Below are positions 36,717 to 50,848 of a DNA stretch of 64,000 nucleotides, piece by piece (within the stretch, counting starts at the first letter, position 1; each line of letters opens with the position of its first letter). The stretch is from NCBI GenBank assembly GCA_964187785.1, contig OZ076412.1:25792001-25856000 (forward strand), in the 5' to 3' direction. Made by a program: the position numbers and the translations under genes. The notes below the pieces were generated by a model. That model worked only from the letters and a program-made list of their open reading frames with translations. It was not told the DNA's origin and made no database searches. This DNA comes from Amphiscolops sp. MND2022. Its lineage: Eukaryota.

Positions 36717-39700
36717 CTAAAAAAGTAGCTTAGTAAAACAATTCTTTCTAAGAAATTTCAACCTCTAATTCTAATTGCTAGAATTGTAACCCTTGCTTAA
36801 AAGTTGCTGAAACCTACAACCCAAGTTCTTCAAGTATTTTTAAATAGAATTCGAAACCTGGCAAAATGTTTAAAAAACACTTTAAAAAGTACCTACTGTA
36901 CTTTTTTTTCAGAAGGTGCGTTTGAACGTCACGAGAAGTTCAGATATGTTGTAACTCCTTTTTGGTCTCTTTCAATTTCCACCTTGAAACATTCTTAGTT
37001 TTTCCTTGGGAACTACATTAAGCAATTAGATACATCGCCAAGTGGAACCAAGTTGAAACCAAGATTTCAATACGTGTCAAGAGTCCAATCCTCAGTTAAC
37101 TAGTTAGAGTTGCATGAGAATACAATTTTTATCATCTGTTCTATTTTAGAAAATCTTAAGACAGCAAATAAAAACCTCGAAAAAAACAATTTACGGAAAA
37201 GAAACATTATAGTGCAGTCAGCACAGAAGACCAGAGCCGAATGTGCGGTAAAATAGCGGAACTGGATTAAAGTATTGAAAAACAAAATATTCTCATTTTA
37301 TTGTCACCTACTTTAATGTCATTTGGTTATTTTTGGAGTAATTTTGGCTATGTTTCTCAGATCCCAACCGTACGATTTTGATGCCATTGCGCACGCAGAA
37401 GCACCTTTGGGTGTAGAATGACTGCTAAATTTAAATTTTATGAAAATCGTACGGACAGTTTTTGAGAAATTTGTAATTTTCATTGAAAAGTAGAGAGAAA
37501 AAAAGTTCCAAAAAAATCGGAAACTATTTCCAACCCCTGAAAACAAACTCAAGAACTTCTATGCTAAAAATTCCCAACAGAAGTAACGTCACAACAGATC
37601 ACCCCAGCCAACTTATCGAAAATGCAGCAATAGAAGTTACTACCCAATTTATCAAAAAGAAGATCATAACAAGACGCTCACTGACCAGCAGATATTTTCC
37701 TTCCAAACGACATTACTTTTGAGCTCAAGAGTAACCAATGCACTATGAAAACGCATAGAAGTTTGATGAAAAAGTTTTGACACTTCTTGATAAATGTCTA
37801 GATAAATTTCAGAAAGAAACACTTCAAGAACACACTATCATTCACTAATTTTTCGTCGACCTGCAAGGATACCAAAAACCTAACCAACAAATTTTCTACA
37901 AGTTTCCACGAAACATCGCTAAACACGTCAAAATTTGTAAAATTTTAAACTTTCGACAACATTTGAGGCACTTTCCTAAATAACTGCAGTTGTTTTTCAT
38001 CAAAAACGCTTATGAGAAACCGAGTTCAATGGTTGTTAAAAAACGAAACTGTTCGAAAGGATTACAGAAAAGGATTTAAAAAACTCAAAAACGTTTTTTT
38101 TGATTTTTACATTATTTCAAGTCATTCTGAAAAACTTTTTACATACAAAAAATACCATTAAAAAACATGCATACCTAAAACATTCTGAGTTTTCGAAAAG
38201 TACAGAGTTTCGGTAACTTCTGATAAAAATTCACTAAACTGTCAAACAACTGCCGCGTTTTGATATTTTTCCCGACTATTTTGAGGTATTTTTGAGATTC
38301 TTTTCTAACTTGAAACTGCAATTGACCTTCAAAGTTCCTACTGGACAACGCATTTGTTCGCCGTTGAACGTTTTCATCCTTCAATTATGGAAGTATTTCA
38401 AAAATTCAAACATTTTGCATAAGAAACGTTGAATTCGGATTTCTCAATTCCGACTCATCGGGGTAATTTTTAAAGTGCTTTCGAAGCAAAAAAATACAAT
38501 TTTTTTCAAAATAGCAAACTGCATAGCTAGTTTGTTTGTTTTTGAGTGTTTTGAACCTTTTTAGGCAGAAACATATTTCAGAAATTGTACAAAAATTGCA
38601 TTAAAAACAACAAACTGGACAGAATTGCGGTTTTGACACTTTGGGGTGAAATTGAGGAGGAATCTAATTGATGATAATCAGCTTTACTTCTTTCAAAAAA
38701 CCCACTGAACATTTCATTCGAATGTTGATGAAACGTCTCAAACCGTCTACATTCCGTTCCATAAACATTCTAAAAATGTCAAAAATGGAAAAATTCGTTA
38801 TTTTAGACTTTTTTCGTGTCATTTTGAGACATTCTCCAAACACAAATCAACCAATATCTCTCACAAAAGACAAATGGATATCAACTGCATTCTTTGTTGA
38901 ACCATTCTATCTTTTACCACTCGAAACATTACGATACAGATGCCGCAACGACCTAGCAAGATCTTGCTAGTTCGATTAACAGCCAATAAAAACGCGTCAT
39001 TATTTCAAATACGCGTTACGTGTTTTGCTCGTTACACGGTGTGATTTGGACTGTACACTACGCACTGTACACTAGTGAAATTTACACTATGCACTCTTTG
39101 AGTAAAATACGGTTCGCTCTCGTTTTACGGAAAATAAACTTTATACTTGATGATAAACTCCACTTTTGCGGCATATGTATCGTAATGAAAGATTCGGAAA
39201 CTTCACTGACTTTGCACGAAAAGGTGTAAAAGTTTGAAGTGTTTCTAATGAAAACCACTGTTTTTTTTGCATTATAAAAAGATGGTATATTCCGAAGTTT
39301 TTCGCTTTTGAACCTTTTAACCCACGAAAACTCTCAAAAATTGTACTCAAATAACATGAAACCTACAAAAATTGGAAACTTTTGAAGATGTCGACTAGTT
39401 TCTTGTCAACTTGAAGCATATTCGTCAAAAAACAGCAATTATTTCATCAAAAAATCTACTGGACATCGAATTCAATTAGTATAGAACGGTTCCGGAGAAT
39501 TGCTCCATGGAAACATTGAACAGTTCACGAAAGTTGCGTTTCCCTTTCGACATGAAATATCTACGGAAGATATCAAGGAAAAGTATGGAGACGTCGCTAG
39601 CGCAAGCCATTGGCGGGCTAAAAGTGGAGACCCTTTGGCGTTTTTCAACATCCATTGTTACAAAACAACGAAAAATTGAAGGGGGACCTTATGGTGAAAA

Positions 39701-40239
39701 ACAATTTCAAAAAAACCTCACAATGCTAAAAAAACGGAAAGAGGGACCCTTTGGGATTATTAAACATCCATTCTGTCGCAAAACATCAAAAAAGGGGGAC
39801 CCCTCCACGAACTTTTTTTCTTAAAAAAGTCTCACGATGCCGAAGAAAACTGAAAGGGGGACCCTTTTGTCTCTCCGGTACGGTGTGTTACGCCGAATAA
39901 CAGGGAAAATCTTTTTGGTTCAGTTCGCTAGGTCAAAGGATTCAATTTGGCACCATATAAAATTGTAGGACTTTCAATAACTATTTTGGTCATTTCGAGT
40001 GGGTTGAAAAACAAAGAAAAAAAAGTCACTTTAATAGTCGCGTTTCAGCTCAAGAAGCGCCGACCAAAAGCACTGTTGTCATACCTTTTAAACGTTCACA
40101 TATTAAAACGAAACAAAAACTATTGTTATTGTAGCTATTGTTTTTGTTATTGTGATTGTAAAAGGAAGAGTGTAATTGAAATTGATGCAAATATAAAAAG
40201 TAATAGACAACACGAAAAACTCCAGTGATAAACGGAACT

Positions 40240-43200
40240 CGCACCATTTTTCTCCATATTCAGGAAAGTTGATTTCGATTTTCATTTTTGAGAGATTGAA
40301 ATTTTTGATTTTGATTCTGGCACTGGCAAAAAGACATCTTCTTTTTGAATAATTTTAGCCAGGGTGTTCCACAGCGGTACAGTTTTCTTTAAAAAACTGC
40401 TTCTAAGTAAATTAGATCTACAAAATATATTGAAGTAAAGAGTCTCGGTTTTTCGTAATTTGCCAGTGTCCAGTTGTGAGTCTCGGAACGCCGATGATAT
40501 TAAGTTGTGTTTCCATTTCTCAAAAGTATGATGTTGGTTCCTTTTTAAGGACGTGTCCGATCGGTAGGATGTCATGTTTGATCTAAAAAAAATCTGATGA
40601 TCTATCGTACTTTGTTCTATTGAAAGATGCTTTCAGTCCCCGATTCAGTTGTTTCTCTAAAAACGTATTGACAGTTTCAGTTGGGCCATTAAGAACAAAA
40701 TTGCCCGGTAGTGGAGATGACTGATTTCGAAGGCATTCAATAGAAGTGAACGAACTTTTTCTGGAAACTACTCTCTGGTGGAATAGAGAGTTTGGAGTTC
40801 GCATGCCATTTTCCGGAGAATATGAGTAACTTCTTCATGGAATGTAAATTTTGGTCCAAGTAGACACCCAATTATTTTATAGTGCTACTTGAGCGAATGA
40901 TTTCATCTTTGACAATCAAGCTGGTATCTTTCTATTTATTGTTTTTGTTTGTGGTTTGGAAAGTGATAAATTGGTCTTTGTCTGCGTTCAATGTCGTTTG
41001 ATATTTTTCCAAAAAAATCACAAACATTGTTAACCTTTAGTTCAACTAATTCCAATGCTGTTTCAAATTTTTTACTTAAGGTAAGGACATGGTATCATCC
41101 GCGTATTGTACAACGGTGCATTTGTGATCTATACAAGTATACAAACTGTTCACGTATATGTTGGAGAAAATCCCCTAAAATTGTACCCAGTGGAACACGT
41201 TGTTGAATTTGGATCCAATCAGAGGTGCAACTAGGATGTTTCAGTATTTGGATTCTGTATCTGAGGAAACTGTTTATCATGGATACTGCGTTGCTATCAA
41301 AGTTCAGTGTTTTCGATTTTTTGAGAAGCATGTCGTGTGAAATTGAAGCAAGAGCTTTCAAACGATCTAAGAACGCAGCGCAAAAAACTTCTTTACCGTT
41401 AGTTTTTAGTCGGCGCTTTTCGAAGAAAAACGCAGACTATAGTAGTGACTTCTTTTTTTTTTAAGACCAACGAACTGACAGATTTTATAAATTTTATAAG
41501 TTGGTACTAAACCGGCGCGAACACTAAACTGTGCCACGCTACTTCACTGCCACTTGACCACTACGGCTTTTTCGAGGTCTGACGAGCAGAATGACATGGG
41601 TTCGAGTCCCGCCATGACCAAAATTTTTTTGTGCAAATTTGTTTTTTCGCCTTTGTGAGACTTTTTTCGCAAATATCTCCAAATGGTCCACCCTTCATTT
41701 TTTTGTCTATTTTGCAAAAGAATGGATGTTAAAAAACTTCCAAAGGGCCCCATTTTACATGTTTTGGCACTATGCGACTTACGGGAGACCAAAAAAATTT
41801 AAAAAATTTCAAAAAAAATCGGAATTTTTTTTCAATTTTTCCTCAAACGGGTACTGTAGAAGAGAATACTTGACACTTTGAAGTCCTTTTGTTATTTTTG
41901 AGCCTTAGATATGGCGCCGACTTGGGCCGTTCCCGGCTTGTTTTATGTTTTCCGTGGCATATAAGGGGGCGTCCGTAGTTGAAAAATTGCTGCGGAAATC
42001 AAACTGTGTATTGCTCAACAATTGATGCTGCGAGAGTTTTTCGGATACTTGTTCATGTAAAACGTTTTCGAACAATGTCGCAAATGCGGGAGTGATAGAG
42101 ATAGGCCTGTAGTTAATGGGATTTTCGCAGTCCCCTTTTTTAAAATAGGGATTACAAATGCTGTTTCCAGGTGACTCGAGAACTCTGATTCTTCAACGAA
42201 TGCAATAATTAAAGAACATAGTGATTCAGTAAAGATGCTTAAGTAGTTTTCAACGCCCATGCGTGTATGTTGGATGGCACTGTGGGTTTGTTTTTATTCA
42301 GAAGTTTTAGATTCGCTTACATTCATATAGCCTAATAGGATGGTGAAAAGTGTGCTAGTTTTCAATTCGTGTGAGCTTTCAGTGTAGGGTTTTTGTTTTC
42401 CTTAACAGTCGCCTAGTTTTGAAAAGCTTTAGTTCAGTAAACTAGCTATTTTTGTTCTGTCAGTTTTGATGTCACTGAATCAGTTCCGTAAACTGCTTAT
42501 TTCGGTCTTTGTTTTCTTACAATTACAGGCTTCATTTATAATATTCCACCTCTCTTTATCGCTTTCAAGATTGTTAAAAACTTTTATCTGGACCTGAAAT
42601 CGATTTTCTTCGACATGGTCTAGAAATTGATTATGTATTTTTTGATATTTCACCTCATTGAAATCCATATTCAGTGTCATTTTGTTATAGGTTTCTTAGT
42701 TTTAGCAGTTATGCGTTTTTGTGAAGCCATAGTTCACTGTTATCGTAACGAATGAAATTTTTTCTTTTTTGTACGCATTTTCTCAAAACATATTGTAAAA
42801 TAATACTGAGTGCTGAAAAACTTTCTTCAGCGCAATTTTGAATATAGAAGTAACTCGGATTCTCAAAATTTCGGGCCGGTATTTCCGTTTTTCGTAAAGT
42901 TTTTGATAGTTATTCGTTCTTGAGTTTTCATTTTTATGTTCGTAGTTGCCGAAGTAGCAGGATGTTCCACTTCCGTTTTTTTCAAGGTTCTTAGCGGGGT
43001 GTCAGATACGTTTGTGACTGCGCCTTCAATCATCGGCAGATCCGATATTATGTAGTCTACGAGTGATTTTGAAGTAGATCCTATGTTGTGCTAAAAATAT
43101 GAAAGCCGCGAGGAATTGTTATTGTTTCTAGTCATTTTTTATGGTTCAAAAAAAATTGTAGTTGAAGTCGCCAACGAGAGCGATTGGCTCTTTATCAACG

Positions 43201-44260
43201 ATAGCTATATCGATGCTAGTTGATAATTCTTCCAGAAGAGGATCAGTTAAAGATTTCGAAGGATTGTAGCTAATATCGATGAGCAGTCTGTTTTTATTTG
43301 TTGGATCGTTTTTGAAATTACCTTTAACCCAGATTCTATTCTTTCAATTTTGTTTTTGTTCATTCTCTTTAGGTCACTTCTCGACTTTGGGTTCAATGTT
43401 TTTTGTATGATAAGCAAAAATCCACCTCCTTTAGTTTTGTTACCGAGTTTTCTGTCAAACCTAAATTTTTTGAAGTAATCTTTGTTCATTTCCCAATGTT
43501 TTTGATCATTAGATTCTTTCAATCAGATTTTGGATTATCCGTATAGTGTGTTGTCTCCTAGGCTGCTCCAGATGATCTGTAGTTGTCCTTTTTTCTGTAC
43601 CTTACTTTGGCAATTGATATAAAAGGATTTGGTATCCTTCAGTGCTATTAGGAGTCCTTGCGAGAGCTTTTTGAACTTCACGATCGGTCCATGGATCGTT
43701 TCGATATCTCCCGAACATAATAAGCGTTTAATTATACCTGAGTAAAGACCAATCACCTTCTCATTGTTGCAGCTAGGAGTATTAGGACTGTTTTCAATTC
43801 CGGTGCATTTTCATTGCAAAATTGTTTCATTTTCTCATTGTATTGCTGTATAAGTTGAATTGCTGCTTCAATTGCCATTCATGCCCGTATTGGCGTTACC
43901 TCACCTATTTGAATTCGGTCAGGACTGAATTTCGAGTGTACTTTGCACAAGTGAGTGATAACCTTGAAAGACTGCATCTATTGATTCTTTTTCTTCTTTA
44001 AAAATACTGTTCGTACCATCTTGTATTGCAACCGTTTTTTTGCAAGGTACTTCTTCAAAACGCTATGTTTTTTTTTCAGTAGTTGATCCAGGATATACGT
44101 GGATACCGATTTTAGTAGGTATGCTATTATCGTCAACAATTTGTTTTTCCATGCTGCTCCCAATTACCAAGTTTTCCACATCAGTTTCGAGAAAGTGGTT
44201 CAATAAATCTAATTTTTCGTTTTTGTATGTTATATGTCTTTTTCTCGTTTCTCCCTGCTG
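40240..44260 (-). mobile_element. Degenerate CR1/L2-like LINE (endonuclease and RT), interrupted
   Basis: Endonuclease RFDRKLGNKTKGGG, TAFVIPILKKG, TQFDFRSNFSTTDA, AAFLD..ALASISHD, RVPLGTILG; many stops. Confidence 0.85.
41392..41942 (-). mobile_element. HINE-like insertion splitting the LINE RT
   Basis: RT frame breaks at both ends; inverted subterminal GTCGGCGC / GCGCCGAC; T-rich flanks; similar GCGCCGAC ends near 28427 and 40056. Confidence 0.55.
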
Positions 44261-44532
44261 AAGAACCCAAATTGTCCAGCTTGTTTTCCAGGTTTGGTAT
44301 AAGAGTAGAAATTATTCGATCTTTTCTTCATTATTTTCGTAAATTGACGGGTACAATTTGTACGCTTCTGCTTTAGAAAGGCTTTCAAAAGTTGTTGAGG
44401 ATAACATAGTGTTGTCTGGAAGGCTTAGTAAATGTCGAAATAAATATTCTGAAAATCCAATGTAACAAATTTTGAGGCTCATGAAAGTTTAGCTACGGTA
44501 ACAGTATTGCATAATCTGTTTTGAGGTCAACA

Positions 44533-44601
44533 GTATTGTAATGGTTTCGGTCGCTGTATTGTAATGGTTTCTGTCGCTGTATTGTAATGGTTTCGGTCGA
44601 C
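44533..44601. repeat. 23-bp x3 tandem repeat
   Basis: GTATTGTAATGGTTTC(G/T)GTCGCT directly repeated without spacers. Confidence 0.93.
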
Positions 44602-46359
44602 CATTTTTTCCAATTCAATTCGCAGGTTCAATTAGTATATATTTTTTCTTTAGTATATGTTCTCTTAGTATGTGTTCTTTATATCGAATGAAAATCCAAT
44701 TGTGGAAATAATATTCTCAAACTAGGAAAAAGCAGTGATGACCATTCGAAAACCTTCCAAGTAAAAGTCTTATTTTTGGATTATTCTCCAGCCATCGAAA
44801 ATTAAATTTTTCACGATGCAAGAAAGTTATACGAAAAGTAAGTTGCGTGACATCGGTTAATTATATAGCAAACAGAGCGCTGAAGAAAACAGCAAAGAGG
44901 CTCCATTTAAATAATTCAGCCTTATTCAGGGCCTGAAAATCATGAGAAGATACAATTGAGATTGAGAGACACTCCTTCGGAAGTTTTGTCACAGGACTTT
45001 GAAAAGAGTGAGCGTTGTCCTCTTTAAGAATTATCTATTGAAAGGCTTTGTTAGGAAATAAAATTCATCGGAATAGGCGATAAAGGTCAAAAATCATCAC
45101 TTGATTGAAAACTGCCGAAGTGGTCAAGTCTTCTTATACGAGCTGCTTAGAAATTTCTGCATAAAGAATGTTTATTGAACCTTCTGATGTTAAAAAAGTG
45201 AACTTTCCTAATGAATTGGAAAAATGTGCCGTTGATAACATTGGTGTTGATAAAAACTTTCAATTCAGCGAGCATATCGACTGAGTAGCTGACACATTCA
45301 TGGCTTGAAATCTAGATAACGATTTATGTTTTCACAAACATGTACTTTTGAGGTTCCGCGGAGTCAACGAACCGTTATGGTCTCCTAAATTATAACCGCA
45401 AAATAGATTTTCAAAGAATCTATTTTGTAAAGTTCTATCTATTTTGTAAAGTGTAAAAAAGTAAAGTTCTATCAATTTTTTACTGTCGATCAAACTTTTG
45501 TTTTTCTGCTAGTTATCTTTCACAGAAAAAAATCACCCTTTTCGAACTCTTCGATGCTGAGAACGAGGAAAAGTTTCTCGGACAGTTTTGTCCTAAAGTG
45601 CAAAATGTTTTTTTTCTCAACTTCATTGGTTAGACATATAATCCAGCGGAAATGGTGGTTAATTATTTGAAGGTAACTTTCATTCAAGTAAAGGACTGAA
45701 TGACTGAATGCAAACTTTTACCGGATAAAAAAAGAATTGAGCAGAGTTCAAATGAAATTTATAGGTTCTATGATTACTTCGGTTTTCGTTGCTGATAATA
45801 AACATCTGTTTTGTCTCTGCAGCTGTTTCGTGTACAATTTTTGATACCTCAGTATAGATCTTCCTGTTCAGATTGAAAACAGGGCTAACTTTCTGAAAGG
45901 CGCTTCATGAATACTTTCAATTCCTTACAAATTTCTAAATTGATAAACTTTTATTACCGTTTTGTTAGGATTTCATCCCATCCCAAACATTCTTTTCCAT
46001 GGGTTCCCGTTCATGGCTAATGATACAGCCCCTGGTGCAATGACTCATGAATCAAGGATGAGTCATGGATCGAAACCCTTGGCCTAACGACCTGGGATAT
46101 GCCTGTAGTGTTCTCTGTTGAAGAAATATCAATCAATAATTTCTCAAAAAATTGACCGAACTTCTACATGGACACCTGAAAACTAATCAAATCGACAAAG
46201 AGTTACATGTTTTTAGGAAGCAAAAAGCGTCATTGGAGTAATTATACACACCATCTCAAAACCTTAAGCGATCAAAAGTTTGTGACGCTCGGAAGGAAGG
46301 CAATCAAATATTTTATTCGCATTTATTATTCCATCTTCCAAGGTAATTATCTTTGTGAC

Positions 46360-46463
46360 TGAATCTTTGACGTCTTTCCTATCATAGCTATAACTAATAA
46401 AAGCAGCGTAGTAAAAATGGCGATGATGTTTGCCATAAACATGCAAACTCGACAACATTGCAT
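46360..46463 (-). CDS. Candidate first (TM1) exon of the tetraspanin
   Basis: GCCACCATG then MQCCRVCMFMANIIAIFTTLLLLVIAMIGK, resembling TSPAN13/31 TM1; no donor found in phase with the downstream exons. Confidence 0.4.
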
Positions 46464-49414
46464 GGTGGCTTCGGGAAACACCTCGCGGCATAGGAGCGCC
46501 GCTTGGTATCGGGACAAGAATCCGATAAAGTCCGAGAACTGGTTTATCAACAAAACCGGTAAATAGAATAGGAAAGCTCGGGCTTTTTCAATCGCGTCTC
46601 TTGTAAACCCAATTTTGAGGCTGCAATGAAAGTAAACTACTCAAAGGAAACTAGTTTTGCAGCCTTCATTTATATCTAACTTTTGGTAGGTTTGAATAGA
46701 TTTTAATTACTGGAAAAAGTCAGTCTGATTTCTCAATCAATAGTTAACCGGGAAAATAGTAACTGCATTTTAGATAGCTGACAATTAATTACTTTTTCTA
46801 AAAAAATTCTAAAATCTGGCAGAACGTTGATAATTGGACTGCAAAACATTTCCGTCAGTAGCACAGGAATTTTTTAAGAAGTAACGACGTGATCAAAGAT
46901 AAGAAACGTTTGTGTCAACGTGTTCTCACACAACACCAAAAACTGTTCACAACTTTCTTTCACTGTTACCTATCGTAAATGAAATGATGGCCTCAAAATT
47001 GTAAAAAAAATTGAAATGAATCAATGCATTAAATACACTTATTGTTCCGCCCCTAGCTTCGTAAGGCCTATTGCTTCTAAAACCTTCCACAAAAACTGAA
47101 ATTCAGCAAGTACCTCATCGCGACCGTGCCTCCGTGTCAGCAAAAAAAGTTTAGAGAATTCTAGGAACTCCATTTCCTATGGCAATTGTGCAGTTACAGA
47201 AACTTCGTATTTGACCTTTTTGACAAAATTTCAATAATTTCATGGATTTTTTTTCGATAAAACAAAATAATGCCATATTGAGAACACGCATCCAGTAGCT
47301 CTTAAACTGACCCAAAACTTTAGTTTCACAACTTTTTTCAGAAAAAAATCCGAAAAAGCCTCATATTCTAAAATAGCGATTAATGGCTTTATTGTTTTCA
47401 TAAAACTCCTGCCAAAAATTACTGTTTAAAAACTTCTTATCAAATGGTTGTCGGAAACGCTAGAACTGATCAAAAACTCCTCAGAAACTGATTTTCGATA
47501 ACTGCTACGGTGTCAAGAGTTTTGAAGCGAACCGCAAAAAGGTTGAATTGCAATTGATGTTTTTCTCAGCATCACATGAGTAGCTCTGGATGGAAGAGTG
47601 AACAAAATCTTTTATACCTTGGACGCAAAAGTGTGTGTGTCACAGCCCGCTCCCGGTCTGGCATGCGGATGTAGACGAGTAGGCATCGGAAGGGAACATG
47701 GCCGCGGTTTGAGACTACCAAGGTGGTATTCCAACTATTAAACTTAAACTCCAATTTCATATTAACACAGACTGTGACTAAAAGTATGAATTATATGTCT
47801 GCCTTGCGTAAACCTTAAAGGAAAATGAACACTGAAACCAAACAGAACAGAATGATTTCACATATTTCCGCTAAGACGTTTAAGGCGCGTCATGTCCATA
47901 TCCATTCTCAACCTGAAATCTTATTTGAAATAGGCAGTTGCATAGATGATAGCTAAATCTAAATAGAAACGTACATTTGAAGATTAAAGAACAAAGCATT
48001 ATGCACATTCCAAGAAACGCAATTTAATTGCTCTTTGAAAGGCAATCAAAGCAAAATGAGACGAATAAATGTCGTTGAACAAACAAATAAAGCCGTGGCA
48101 GCTAAAATAAGTTACAACTGTGACATCAGCAATAAGTCACTTTAATGGCAGCTAATTAGATTTCAGACCAAAATCATTGTCAATACTACGTCAGAGCTAC
48201 GGCAGCTAGCTAGATTTTGGTCAATGCTACTTCGCGAATTTATAAGGTAATAGCATAGGCAGTATTAAATTCAAAGGAATTGCAACAATTACAAAGTAAA
48301 ACAAGGTAAAAAGAAGTAGCTTGCATAAATACAGTGCCAATCGTTTCAAGATAAGGTAGTATTCGTATATTTTTTAAGTATCAGTTGCCTCCAACTTTGG
48401 TAAAACTAAATCATTTTTGTCTAACGGTTGTCTAACGTCAAATAAAGATGAAATTATCCAAGAAGATTAAAATGGTTTGAGTGCGTAATCCAAAAGAAAG
48501 TGTAAAAAGTCACAGTTTATGTTCGTAACAAAATGTATTTTCGCACTGTGGGAGTATTTTTGTATATTTGTAGTTTGTACTCAACATCCAATAGAAACTT
48601 AATAATATTATTCGACATGACTAACGCTGATATGTCGTCACTTGACATGTAACCAGCCTGCATATGCCTTGCAGTAACCTCTTATACCAGTTGCTAAATG
48701 AATGATTTTATAGATACTCGTCTAAAGTATGTTCCTCCTTATGCACTGTTAAAAATATGTTGCGCATTATTAATGTCGTTTGTTGAAAGTTGCTGTAGTT
48801 TTCCAATATTTTTAAATGATTTGTAAAAAGTTGACGTCGTTCTGACGAATATTCGTTATGTTTAACTAAAAAAGTGGATTCAAGTAGGTGAGATCATACA
48901 AATTGTGTGTTTCGCTATTATTTTATCCTCTCTTAGCATCATTCTGCAAATCTTTTGCGAATTAGTCATCGTTTCCATCAAGTTGAAATTCAAAATCAGG
49001 TATTAGTTGTTCACGCCAGCGTTAACTCCGCGTCAAGTTTCCCGCGAAGCACTGCAGTAAAACAAGGAAGCAATTCCGGTTTGATAGACTGAAGTAAACT
49101 CTACTTCCTGCTTGAGAGGAAATAAAAGGGACGCCGGTCTGAAATGTTGTGATCATATCAAACGACTAATTCTAGATTAAGGTCTTCGTATCTTGAAAAT
49201 TTAAAATATGTCGACGAAAATGACTAATCGTTCGTGAAATTTCAGGGAACAGTTCGTGATCAAATGATGCTAGGAGGTTATAAATAGGGCACACCTCGAA
49301 ATCCGAAAAACTCAGTCTTTTGCTTTCTGCCAGAGCAGTTAATCTGTAAAACCTGTTGTTTAACTTTGTCTTATTCAAAATCTCAATTAAAATCCTAAAA
49401 CGAATTTCTTCAAG

Positions 49415-49803
49415 ATGTCAACTAGAAGCAAAAACAAGAAGAACAACTTCCAGGAGGGCAGCGAAAACGTTAGTGAAACCATAACTTCCCCGGTTTTGAT
49501 AGGAAACGTAGATTTGTGTGACCAAGACGTCATAGCTGCGGGACCCTAATCCGCCAAATCTCCCAGGATTGAAAATAGTGTACTGAAAGGGCTTCGCAGA
49601 GCCTCATTAAAAGAAGAATTAAATTCTGAAATAAGAGACCTCTTAGCAGAATCTAAGAGAGAGCTATTGAAACTACTAAAACGTAAATCGAGCGAAACTG
49701 TTGGAGGAGAAGAAAAAAACGCCTTGAAAAACGAACCTAGGGAATTCAACACGCCAACAAGATCCGTAAAAATTTGTTCTACAATAAACGACAAGTCTTA
49801 ACA
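49415..49803 (+). pseudogene. Small coiled-coil ORF at a probable LTR end (MSTRSKN..)
   Basis: About 128 codons with one internal TAA (49547), ending at TTAACA; same layout as 52990-53394. Confidence 0.35.
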
Positions 49804-49820
49804 CACTCTCTCTCTCTCTT

Positions 49821-49869
<49 letters not shown>

Positions 49870-49886
49870 TTTCCTCTCTCTATCTC
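49804..49886. repeat. (CT)n microsatellite
   Basis: Interrupted CT dinucleotide run. Confidence 0.93.
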
Positions 49887-50848
49887 TGGGGCTCCTCATT
49901 GAAATAAGAAGTTTGTAGATCACGTCATATCTCCAGTGAGAACGTCCGCTGGCTTTCATTGCTCCTCTGGAATATTACTGATAAGTTTTTCGATTGTCAA
50001 TTGATTGTGAACCCAAAATTTTCAATAGCTCAATTCAAATCACACATGATCAGAGAAAAATACAATCATGTAAATTTTGACCAATGAAGTTAAGTTGCCA
50101 GCTCGGGTTTTTTCTTGTTTCATATATGTGACTGTTAGAGCAAGCATTCAATAGAAATAATACCCATCATTTTATGAACCACGTCAAGCCTATAGATTAT
50201 TTTTTTTCGAACGAAGGTCGTATGTATTCAGGAAGAAAATGAAACAATTTCCTTCCGTTGTTCAGAAACTGTATTTTCACTCTTTTTTTTACAATCGTCT
50301 AATCTGCGGCAAACCTTTGGATTAGAAATTTGGGAATACTGTAAATATTATGGTTTTTATGCACACATCAAAAGCGTAAAACCTTTTTTCGAGGAACATT
50401 CTCCGTTTACTTTTTGGACTTTATATCACTACTGACAAAATAAATTGGGAAATTTGTGACGATTATTTGTTCATACCTCATATGATCAGAAATCATTACA
50501 GCGGATTGAAAAATTTGTAGGAATTAATTGATTTGTTGGTGCCAAGAAGTTATAGAGCCGCTAGACAAAGACGTGTTGCCAATTTTTCCCTTTTATCTAC
50601 GTAAATAAGCTATGAAAAAACAAAAGTTACGTTGAACAAAGTTGAGTTGATATTAAATTTGAGTGAAAATTGGATTTCATCGTTTCTTTCACCTAGTGGT
50701 TGTTCTAGTAATTTCGTTTCTCCATTTTTGAGCTAGATTCCTCTCAATTTTGCATCTTGTAGCTTGAATTTCTGTCAGAAAAAAAAAGAAATACGTAAAA
50801 AAACTTTGAAGTGCAAATTTCAAAATACCATAAGTTCTTGCTCATCTG

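Noticed and set aside
37100-39950. Many 60-105-aa ORFs in the track
   Set aside because: AT-rich repeat mosaic with K/F/N-biased translations and no splice or motif support.
44533-44601. Possible CRISPR-like array
   Set aside because: Direct tandem units with no spacers, eukaryotic context, no cas genes.
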